Of a stretch of DNA of 11,205 bases, positions 1 to 7,329 are shown piece by piece. This stretch comes from an uncultured bacterium (GTDB lineage: Bacteria; Krumholzibacteriota; Krumholzibacteriia; Krumholzibacteriales; Krumholzibacteriaceae), in assembly GCA_965371515.1 (NCBI GenBank), contig CBDUYR010000070.1, positions 1-11,205 on the forward strand. The letters are read 5' to 3'. A program made the translations under genes and the position numbers. The notes below the pieces were generated by a model that was not told the origin of the DNA, searched no databases, and was given only the letters and a program-made list of their open reading frames with translations. The number at the start of each line of letters is the position of its first letter. Position 1 is the stretch's first letter.

Positions 1-864
1 CCCGGATCACCTGTGATCGTGGGATCTGTCGACACGCCAGGTTCCGCCCGGGGTGTGGCTGTCTCGGGAGATTATGCCTGTGTAGCCGATTTTGGATCCG
101 GTCTTCAGGTAATAGATATAAGCGCGCCCGGCTCACCTGTGATCACGGGATCCGTGGGCACACCAGGCTATGCCTATGGTGTGGCTGTCTCGGGAGACTA
201 TGCTTATGTAGCCGATTATGAATCCGGTCTTCAGGTAATAGATATAAGCACGCCCGGATCACCTGTGATCACAGGATCTATCGGCACACCAGGCTATGCC
301 TTTGGCGCTGCCGTCTCGGGAGACTATGCCTATGTAACGGATGGCGGTGGTCTTCAAGTAATAGATATAAGCACCCCTGAAACACCTCTGATCGTGGGAT
401 CTATCGACACACCAGGCTTCGCTTATGGTGTGGCCGTCTCGGGAGACTATGCCTATGTCGCTGATAACGAATCCGGTCTTCAGGTAATAGATATAAGCAC
501 CCCTGAAACACCTCTGATCGCGGGATCTATCGACACACCAGGCATCGCCTTTGGTGTGGCCGTCTCGGGAGACTATGCCTATGTGGCGGATTTCGGTTCC
601 GGTCTTCAGGTAATAGATATAAGCACGCCCGGATCACCTTCGATCGTGGGATCTGTCGACACACCACGCGCAGCCTTTGGCGCTGCCGTCTCTGGAGACT
701 ATGCCTATGTAGCCGCTTATGAATCCGGTCTTCAGATAATAGATATAAGCGCGCCCGGCTCACCTGTGATCGTGGTATCTATCGACACGCCAGATTCTGC
801 CCTTGGTGTGGCCGTCTCGGGAGACTATGCCTATGTAGCTGATATTTTTTCCGGTCTTCAGGTT
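1..864 (+). repeat. Intragenic tandem repeat, 126-bp unit (one unit 123 bp), about 7 copies
   Basis: Units begin at 1, 127, 253, 376, 502, 628 and 754. Near-invariant blocks such as GTCTCGGGAGACTATGCCTATGT and GGTCTTCAGGTAATAGATATAAGC recur. Unit 3 lacks one codon. Confidence 0.95.
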
Positions 865-885
865 GCAAATCGGCTGTGTGACTGA
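1..885 (+). CDS. LVIVD-repeat protein (beta-propeller-like), 5'-truncated by the window edge
   Basis: Frame is open from base 1 (CCC GGA TCA CCT GTG...), so the GTG at 13 is probably internal. Seven 41-42 aa repeats of the form GSxDTPGxAxGVAVSGDYAYVADxxSGLQVIDIS, the typical LVIVD pattern. Stop TGA at 883-885. Confidence 0.9.
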   Translation, partial: PGSPVIVGSVDTPGSARGVAVSGDYACVADFGSGLQVIDISAPGSPVITGSVGTPGYAYGVAVSGDYAYVADYESGLQVIDISTPGSPVITGSIGTPGYAFGAAVSGDYAYVTDGGGLQVIDISTPETPLIVGSIDTPGFAYGVAVSGDYAYVADNESGLQVIDISTPETPLIAGSIDTPGIAFGVAVSGDYAYVADFGSGLQVIDISTPGSPSIVGSVDTPRAAFGAAVSGDYAYVAAYESGLQIIDISAPGSPVIVVSIDTPDSALGVAVSGDYAYVADIFSGLQVANRLCD

Positions 886-897
886 CCTGTCGTGATT

Positions 898-1731
898 CTA
901 TGCGGGCGGATCGGTCTCGACCATCTGTGACTGGATGTGGAATCCCCCGACGAGGCTCTCGAGCGAGCCGGAACTCTCGAGGAAAGGGAACTCTATCAGG
1001 ACGGGGTGCGAGGCCTCGAGGTGGATTTCCTTCATGAAACTCGAACAGGTCTGTATCGATTCGGGCAGGGTGGCGAAGAAGATGTAGTCGACCAGGCGGG
1101 TTGCGTCTTCCGGCCCGAGCGCACACATGACAGGCTTCCCGGGATCGTCGAATCTCTCCGCGCGGAAGACCGGCTGGCGGCGGGTCATGAGCTGTCCTAT
1201 CTTCAGGTACGCCCGCGTGTTAGTGGTCCAGAAGGCGGGGATGTATACGTGCCAGCGGCCGGCCGCATCCATCCGGTCGAGTATATGCTCGAGCTGGGCC
1301 CTCGACGGCAACCGCTGCGACATGTGTGAAGAGTCGATCACCGCCGGCGTGCGCGCATCGGCAGAGTCGGCTCCCATCAGGTTCATTCCCAGCTCCATGA
1401 CCCAGTCCGGCTCTGACGAATCCGCCTCGATCTTCGTCGTGGCGATCTTCTGCGATATTTCCGCAAGACCAGCCATGACCGAGAAGATGTTCTTTCTCAG
1501 GGCGTCCACGTCGGCCTTGAGGGTCCAGAAAGGCAGGTATACGATTTTCCCCTCGCGCTTTTCCGGGGGCGAAGCCCTGTATACATTGAGGGGAGCGAGG
1601 CCGTCGTCCGTGATGATGCAGCGGCGGAAGCAGGTCCTGCACTGGAAGGTGACGTACCTTCCCATGACGGGGAGCTCGCCTCCGCAGTGGCTGCACTGCA
1701 GACGCTGCACAGTCATCAGGCCGTCCTTCAT
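898..1731 (-). CDS. Zinc-ribbon protein (YdjG-like), 277 aa, no obvious transmembrane segment
   Basis: Likely start is ATG 1731, which overlaps the upstream stop (ATGA) and follows GGAAGG. N-terminal CSHC...CRTC, then a YLPFW motif resembling the two upstream genes. The 568-aa track ORF is over-extended. Confidence 0.75.
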   Translation of the reverse strand: MKDGLMTVQRLQCSHCGGELPVMGRYVTFQCRTCFRRCIITDDGLAPLNVYRASPPEKREGKIVYLPFWTLKADVDALRKNIFSVMAGLAEISQKIATTKIEADSSEPDWVMELGMNLMGADSADARTPAVIDSSHMSQRLPSRAQLEHILDRMDAAGRWHVYIPAFWTTNTRAYLKIGQLMTRRQPVFRAERFDDPGKPVMCALGPEDATRLVDYIFFATLPESIQTCSSFMKEIHLEASHPVLIEFPFLESSGSLESLVGGFHIQSQMVETDPPA

Positions 1732-2774
1732 AACCTTCCTCCGAACCAGCGCTCGAGCTTCTCCTGAAGCCAGCGGTGCGGCGGCAGGATCCCGCCGGAC
1801 TGTATCGTGTCGTATACGTACATGGTCCCGGCGGCGATGAAGAGCAGCGGAAACCAGGTACCGGCGAGTATCGCGGCGAATGCCGGGACGAGAAAGAACG
1901 ACCTTGCAGAGATCTTGCTCCATCGGGGGACGTCTCCGCGTATCACATCGCCGTTGTTGCCGTCGATGGTGATCGAGTAGATACGGCCTGCGTGACGGTA
2001 CCGCAGGATATATACGGGGTAGTAGTAGATCGAGAGTCTGTTGCCGAAGAGCTCGAACCTGCTCGCCTTGATAAACGCGCCCGCAGGCGCGGCGAGTGTG
2101 GTCATGTAGCTGTATCCATCGCTGCGTGCCTGCGCGGCTGTTTTCATCGGAAGCGCGATGTTGAGTTTGTCCTTCATGTCGTGCTCGAAGACGTTCCACT
2201 GGAGCATCTGCGTCCTGAGCGAGATCCCCGGGAGGCCGAGGTGCCTCAGCGAGCATGCCGGCGTGCTCCAGTCGATCCGCTTGAACGAGAGTCTGGAGAA
2301 GGGACGTTTCTCCTCCTCGATTCTCGTGACCATCCTCGTTCCTTTCGGACCAGGGACGGGGACCTTGGTCTCGTGCTTGATGATCTCGTTGCCGCTTATC
2401 CACCCGGCCATCATCCCGCTCATTCGCCAGAAGGGCACGTTTATCATCCGCATGTCGATTATCGAGGCATGTCTCGCCTTGACCCTGCCGCCCGTCTCTT
2501 CGGACAGGTACTTCAGGGCGCCGAGCCTCGCCTTGCCTTCGCTGATGCGGGGATCGAGGATATATCCGCGGACCCCCCTCGGGCGGGTGACCAGCAGAGC
2601 GCAACCGCAGTATTCACAGATAATGCTTCTTTCACCCTCGTGGACCCTGAGCGATCCGCCGCAACCGCTGCAGCTCACACCGAACGTCTCGGTGGACAGG
2701 GATGCCTGCCGGATGGCGGCATTCTCTTCGGCTTCGGCGGAGGCCGTTTCGACGTTATCGAGGAGTTCAGTCAC
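1728..2774 (-). CDS. Zinc-ribbon membrane protein (YdjG-like), 348 aa
   Basis: CSGC...CEYC near the N-terminus, NVPFW motif, YYPVYILRYRHAGRIYSITIDGNNGDVIRG motif, and a C-terminal hydrophobic segment (FFLVPAFAAILAGTWFPLLFIAAGTMYVY). GTG start overlaps the previous gene by 8 bp. Confidence 0.8.
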   Translation of the reverse strand: MTELLDNVETASAEAEENAAIRQASLSTETFGVSCSGCGGSLRVHEGERSIICEYCGCALLVTRPRGVRGYILDPRISEGKARLGALKYLSEETGGRVKARHASIIDMRMINVPFWRMSGMMAGWISGNEIIKHETKVPVPGPKGTRMVTRIEEEKRPFSRLSFKRIDWSTPACSLRHLGLPGISLRTQMLQWNVFEHDMKDKLNIALPMKTAAQARSDGYSYMTTLAAPAGAFIKASRFELFGNRLSIYYYPVYILRYRHAGRIYSITIDGNNGDVIRGDVPRWSKISARSFFLVPAFAAILAGTWFPLLFIAAGTMYVYDTIQSGGILPPHRWLQEKLERWFGGRL

Positions 2775-3480
2775 TCCTGCTCACCATCCTCGCTCGAAGG
2801 GAGAACACTCCCCATCCGGCCAGGGCCGCGGCCATGATAACCATTATCCTGGCTGCCGCCGAATGACCGAGCTTTCCCAGAAAGAGATAAACAACGGCCA
2901 TCGAGACTGCCGCGAGGATGTTCGGTATGCTGACGCTCCGCGGACGCTTCGGCGGTATGGTATCGGCGAATACGTAGTAGCTCTCGCCCATGATCAGGGC
3001 GCGGTATTTCTTTCCTGCTGCCCTGTAGCGCACGCGGTATACGGGAAGAAAGAGGATCCTCGCCGCTTCGGCCAGCGTCTCCGGATCCTCGTCGGGCGGG
3101 ATCACCGTCTCGCCGCCGGCAAGTGATTCATCGAAGAAACGGTATTCCCCCGCGGGAGGGGAGGAGAGGGGGCCGACCTCGGGCCACGAGCCCCTGCCGG
3201 GCTGACCGAAGAGGCGTCCCCTGTCGTCCTCGAGCATGCTGTAGGGAATGTATGCGAAATCGAGCTTGATATCCTTCGGAGAAGCGAGGTTCTTTGCAGC
3301 GAGAAACGACCGGAGCGCCTCTTCGGAGTGCCGGTCGTTCCGCTGATGAGGTAGTATGAGGCGCTCGGGCCCCCTGTCCTCCTCGATAGCGAGGGCGGAA
3401 CCGCAGTACGAGCAGAAGAGCATCTCCTGCCCCGGGTGTACACTGTTTTCGCCCCCGCAGAGACGGCAATTAACCTGCAT
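2767..3480 (-). CDS. Zinc-ribbon membrane protein (YdjG-like), 237 aa
   Basis: ATG 3480 preceded by AAGAGGA, with an 11-bp overlap with the SPFH gene. MQVNCRLC...CSYC, YIPY and [16 protein letters not shown] motifs, and two C-terminal hydrophobic helices. Confidence 0.8.
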   Translation of the reverse strand: MQVNCRLCGGENSVHPGQEMLFCSYCGSALAIEEDRGPERLILPHQRNDRHSEEALRSFLAAKNLASPKDIKLDFAYIPYSMLEDDRGRLFGQPGRGSWPEVGPLSSPPAGEYRFFDESLAGGETVIPPDEDPETLAEAARILFLPVYRVRYRAAGKKYRALIMGESYYVFADTIPPKRPRSVSIPNILAAVSMAVVYLFLGKLGHSAAARIMVIMAAALAGWGVFSLRARMVSRSD

Positions 3481-4627
3481 CGTCCTCTTTTTCCACCCTC
3501 TCACCGCAGCTCGTGCAGAACTTCGTTCCATGAGGCAGCTTCGTATCGCAGTGCGGGCAGATCAGATCGGCGCCGATCTCGTTTCCGCAGCTCGAACAGA
3601 ACTTCGCCTCGGCGGGCAGCTCCGTGCCGCAGTCCTGGCAGCGGTTCATCACGACCAGGTGTGTCCCGCAGTTCTGGCAGAACCTCGAGTCGGGCGTGAC
3701 CTCGTTGTGACACTTCGGGCACTGGAGCATCTCGATCGTGCCGGTTGCAGAGCTCGAGGGGGTGCTGATGCTCCGGGCGAGCATGCCGGGGATCATCATC
3801 CCGAGGCCTGCTCCGACGCCGATGCCCATTCCGCCTGCCGCGGCCGCTCCCGCTCCGCCGCCACCGCCGCTTGAAGATGCTGCGTCTCCCATCGCCTTGG
3901 CGGCCTTGAATTTGAAAAACTCGTCGAGATTGCCTACTGCCTCGAGCCCGCTTCGCTCGTCGATCATCTTCTGAACCTCGGGTGGTGGGGTTATCGAGTT
4001 GATGAAGAAGTCGGTCAGCTCCATGCCGTACTTGGAGAAATCGTTGACGAGCCTCTCCTTGATCTCGACGGCGAGCTCGTCGTAGTACTGCGGAAGTTCG
4101 AAGATCGAGTCGAGCTTCTCGCCGAAGAGGTCGTTTATCCTGGCGACGACGACGTCGCGCAGGTAGTTGCCGATCATCTCGCTTGTGTAGACGCCCTGCG
4201 TTCCCACGACCGTGTTGATGAAGAGAACCGGCTCGGTGATCTTGAATGTGTAGATGCCGAACGCGCGGAGCCTGACCAGTCCGAGCTTGCTGTCCTTGAA
4301 CGCGACGGGATCCTTCGTTCCCCACTTCTGGTTGAGGAACATCTTCATGTTGACAAAATAGACCTCGGCCCTGAAGGGCGATTTGAATCCCCAGGGCAGC
4401 GAGAGGATCTTCGTGAGGATCGGAAGGTTCTTCGTCGTGAGCGTGTGGCGTCCCGCGCCGAAGATGTCGAGGCCCTTTCCATCCTTGAAGAAGACGCCGG
4501 ACTGGTTGTCGCGCACGATCAGCTGGGCGCCCATCTTGATCTCTGCGGACCCCTCCGGGGGTATCCTGTGAACGATCTCCTCGCCCGTCTCGTCGAACCA
4601 CTCGAGGACTTCCATGAACTGTGACAT
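3470..4627 (-). CDS. SPFH/band-7 domain protein with C-terminal zinc ribbons (YdjI-like), 385 aa
   Basis: [46 protein letters not shown] and LRAFG motifs of the YdjI-type SPFH family; Gly/Ala-rich linker; six CxxC (CPKC, CQNC, CQDC, CSSC, CPHC, CTSC). RBS AGGAG 5 nt before the ATG. Confidence 0.92.
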   Translation of the reverse strand: MSQFMEVLEWFDETGEEIVHRIPPEGSAEIKMGAQLIVRDNQSGVFFKDGKGLDIFGAGRHTLTTKNLPILTKILSLPWGFKSPFRAEVYFVNMKMFLNQKWGTKDPVAFKDSKLGLVRLRAFGIYTFKITEPVLFINTVVGTQGVYTSEMIGNYLRDVVVARINDLFGEKLDSIFELPQYYDELAVEIKERLVNDFSKYGMELTDFFINSITPPPEVQKMIDERSGLEAVGNLDEFFKFKAAKAMGDAASSSGGGGGAGAAAAGGMGIGVGAGLGMMIPGMLARSISTPSSSATGTIEMLQCPKCHNEVTPDSRFCQNCGTHLVVMNRCQDCGTELPAEAKFCSSCGNEIGADLICPHCDTKLPHGTKFCTSCGERVEKEDDAG

Positions 4628-4709
4628 ACCGTCTCCTGACTGTAAAATTGCCGGTCTGGGCGCAAAAAGTTGCTAAATAGTCGATTTACACTGTGCCGTA
4701 GAGGTTTTT

Positions 4710-4726
4710 TGCAAGGTGGGTGCCAA
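4710..4726 (-). promoter_or_regulatory. Sigma-54 (RpoN) -24/-12 promoter for the SPFH/zinc-ribbon operon
   Basis: Minus strand reads TTGGCAC-CCACC-TTGCA, matching TGGCAC-N5-TTGC with exact GG-N10-GC spacing. It is intergenic, correctly oriented and about 83 bp upstream of the ATG at 4627. Confidence 0.75.
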
Positions 4727-4829
4727 TATATCTGTGATCGTGAAGCCGGTTGCGGTTTGTGCATCGCGCCCTTTTCCATAGACCTGTCGCCAGCGCGTCC
4801 GGGAGACCGATATTGTTGGAATCGCCCTT

Positions 4830-4854
4830 TTCCCTGTGATAATGTAACAGGGAA
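4830..4854. promoter_or_regulatory. Inverted repeat TTCCCTGT-N9-ACAGGGAA, candidate transcription-factor or enhancer-binding site
   Basis: Perfect 8-bp arms in the divergent intergenic region, centred about 140 bp upstream of the predicted sigma-54 start. It overlaps a TGTGATAAT extended -10-like element on the + strand. Confidence 0.45.
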
Positions 4855-4900
4855 CATCGATATGGTACGCAAGGTAATCCCTTGAGGAGGAAGGATCCCC

Positions 4901-6061
4901 TTGGCCGGAGAAGGACAGCACAGGATAAAGATCTGCGTGGTGCTGCCGAGACTCAGGATCGGCGGCGCCGAGATGCAGGTCCTTGGCCTTTTTGCCAACA
5001 TAGACCGCTCGCGTTTCGAGCTCCATCTCTGCGTGTTAATGCGCGGCGACGCGAAGATGGAAGCGGCGGCGAGGCGCAACGTCGAATCGTTTACCTGCCT
5101 CGATTTCCGGTGGAGAATGCTGCTTGTCGTATTTCCCCGGTTCGTACGATATCTGAAAAGAGAGAGATTCGATATTCTCCACGCGCATCTCGCCCTTGCC
5201 GATTCCCTGGGCCGCATAGCGGGCAGGTTTGCGGGCGTACCCGTGCTGATGACTACCGAGCACGGGAAACATCTCTGGAAGGGGAGACTCTACCTGATGA
5301 TGGAAAGGATGCTTGCGCGGTCGACCGACATGCGGATATGCGTCAGTGACGATATAGCCCGCATCCGCGTCAACCGCGAGGGTACTCCGGAGGAGAAACT
5401 GGTGGTCATACCCAACTCCGTCGATCCGACCCCCTTCCGCGGCGCCGTAAAGGGACGCGCGGCGGTGATGGCCGAATTCGGCTGGGAGGTGGAGGATCCT
5501 CTCGTCGTCACCGTCGGAAGGCTCGTGGTGGCCAAGGCCTACCCGTCCCTCGTCGAAGCAGTCTCCTTCCTGAAGGAGGAGTTCCCGTCGGTCCGATGCC
5601 TGATAGCAGGCGACGGGCCGTGCCGCGAAGAGATAGAGGAGGCGGTGGAGAGATACGGAGTGAGCGGCAACGTGACGCTGCCCGGAGCGCGAAGGGATAT
5701 ACCAGACCTGCTGTCGGCCTGCGACGTATTTGTACTCTCGTCGATAAGGGAGGGGCTGCCCGTCTCCCTTCTCGAGGCGATGGCGTCCGGCTGCGCGATA
5801 GCGGCGACGGCGGTGGGAGGGATACCTGAGGCCGTAAGGGATGGCGAGAGCGCCCTGCTTGTGCCGCCCGACGAGCCGAGGGCCCTCGGCGGGGCGATCG
5901 GCAGGCTGCTGGGAAACAGGGGACTAGCCGTCCGGTTCGGAGAGAACGCCTCGCGAGTGATAGACGAGAGGTACAGCGCGGCGGGCGTTACGAAAATGAT
6001 CGAGGAGATTTACACGCGGCTAGCTGCCGCGGCGAGAGGTGATAACGATCGGAGCGCCTGA
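4901..6061 (+). CDS. Glycosyltransferase family 4 (GT-B fold), 386 aa
   Basis: GGAE motif near the N-terminus, DILHAH, TEHG, VIPNSVD, VGRLVVAK, and DVFVLSSIREGLPVSLLEAMASG (E-x7-E motif). TTG start with GAGGAGG at 4884-4890. Confidence 0.93.
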   Translation: MAGEGQHRIKICVVLPRLRIGGAEMQVLGLFANIDRSRFELHLCVLMRGDAKMEAAARRNVESFTCLDFRWRMLLVVFPRFVRYLKRERFDILHAHLALADSLGRIAGRFAGVPVLMTTEHGKHLWKGRLYLMMERMLARSTDMRICVSDDIARIRVNREGTPEEKLVVIPNSVDPTPFRGAVKGRAAVMAEFGWEVEDPLVVTVGRLVVAKAYPSLVEAVSFLKEEFPSVRCLIAGDGPCREEIEEAVERYGVSGNVTLPGARRDIPDLLSACDVFVLSSIREGLPVSLLEAMASGCAIAATAVGGIPEAVRDGESALLVPPDEPRALGGAIGRLLGNRGLAVRFGENASRVIDERYSAAGVTKMIEEIYTRLAAAARGDNDRSA

Positions 6062-7310
6062 AGTCTGCAGGAACCGCAATTCCGGCGATGATTCCGGGAA
6101 GGGAACGGGGAAGGTGCGCGGCATTCCCGTTGTGATGTATCACGGCGTCGGGCCCGACAGGCCCGGCTGGATCTGGAACCACCTGCTTACCCCGCTCGAC
6201 GTGTTCGAGGGGCAGATGAAGGCCCTCAGGGACAATGGCTGGACGACGATCTCGCTAGCTGAGCTGCATGCCCATGTATCCGCCGGAGAACCTGTTCCCG
6301 AAAAGCCCGTTGTTCTCACGTTCGATGACGGATACCTCGACAATTATATCCTCGCCTGGCCGATACTGAAGAAGTACGGGCACCGGGCGGTTATCTGGAT
6401 GACGACTGATTTCATCGATCCTTCTCCCGATCCGAGGCCGACACTGGACAGCGGTATCGAGGGGGGCGCCTGGAAGTCGGGAATGCCCCTCAGCGGGTTT
6501 CTCTCGATGGCGGAGATGAGGCTGATGGAGGCTTCGGGGCATATCGAGATCCAGAGCCACGCGAAGACTCACACGTGGTATCCGATCGGGCCGAAGATCG
6601 TCGATTTTCACAGGCCGATCGGCGTCGAGGGATACGCACCTCCGCCCTGGCTTGCGTGGAACACATTTCCCGAGAGCAAGCATGAGTATATGTCACGGGG
6701 CAGGGAGGACGAGATCCCCTGCGGCACGCCGATCTATCGGCACGCCAAGTCGCTCGAGGCGCCGAAATACTTCCCCGACCCCGCGCTCTCTGACAGGCTC
6801 GTTTCACATGTCCTCAAGAACGGCGGCGACAATTTCTTCGCGAGGGACGGATGGCGGAGCGAGCTTGAGAGGATAGCGACGGAGAACCCCCCGTCGGCCG
6901 ACAGTGTGGAAACGCAGGAGGAATTCCGCGAGAGGGTCATGTTCGAACTGACCGAATCGAAACGGATACTGACAGAGGGGCTGGGCCACAGTGTCGATTT
7001 TCTGTGCTGGCCGGGAGGTGGCAGGAATCCCGAGGTCATCGAGTTGGCGAAGAAGGCGGGGTATCTCGCCACGACGACCCACTACCAGGTGATGGATAGA
7101 AGGAATGTCCCCGGGCAGGACCCGTCGGAGATCGGGAGGGTCGGCAGCGGCTCGCCGTGGGCCTGGAGGGGGAAGCTCTTCCGCAGGACCGATCCCGGTT
7201 TCTTCATATCGATCCTTGAAAAGTTCGCCGGCGGTCAAAATACGGTTTGGACGATGAGATTCTATAAATTAAAATACTTTCTGCGCTATTATCTTACCGG
7301 CACGAGATGA
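6039..7310 (+). CDS. Polysaccharide deacetylase family protein (CE4/NodB-like, IcaB/PgaB type)
   Basis: IPVVMYH, VVLTFDDGYLDN, IQSHAKTH, ELTESK and LCWPGG motifs. Start uncertain (GTG 6039 or GTG 6114). Confidence 0.9.
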   Translation: MITIGAPEVCRNRNSGDDSGKGTGKVRGIPVVMYHGVGPDRPGWIWNHLLTPLDVFEGQMKALRDNGWTTISLAELHAHVSAGEPVPEKPVVLTFDDGYLDNYILAWPILKKYGHRAVIWMTTDFIDPSPDPRPTLDSGIEGGAWKSGMPLSGFLSMAEMRLMEASGHIEIQSHAKTHTWYPIGPKIVDFHRPIGVEGYAPPPWLAWNTFPESKHEYMSRGREDEIPCGTPIYRHAKSLEAPKYFPDPALSDRLVSHVLKNGGDNFFARDGWRSELERIATENPPSADSVETQEEFRERVMFELTESKRILTEGLGHSVDFLCWPGGGRNPEVIELAKKAGYLATTTHYQVMDRRNVPGQDPSEIGRVGSGSPWAWRGKLFRRTDPGFFISILEKFAGGQNTVWTMRFYKLKYFLRYYLTGTR

Positions 7311-7329
7311 CTAGGAGCTGATTGAACCG

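Noticed and set aside
1..864. Tandem repeats as a CRISPR array
   Set aside because: Units are 126 or 123 bp, keep the reading frame and have no unique spacers; they are coding repeats.
1732..2604. N-terminal extension of the 568-aa ORF 898..2604
   Set aside because: It overlaps the 1728..2774 gene on the same strand in another frame and reads as Arg-rich shadow sequence. The ATGA-coupled start at 1731 gives a clean zinc-ribbon N-terminus.
937..3126. Long plus-strand ORFs (937..1329, 1127..1840, 1776..2837, 2158..3126)
   Set aside because: Antisense shadows of the zinc-ribbon operon, expected in GC-rich DNA, with no recognisable motifs.
4519..5349. ORFs crossing the divergent promoter region (4519..5217, 4670..4885, 4673..5026, 4882..5349)
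   Set aside because: They overlap well-supported genes or promoter elements and show no protein-family features.
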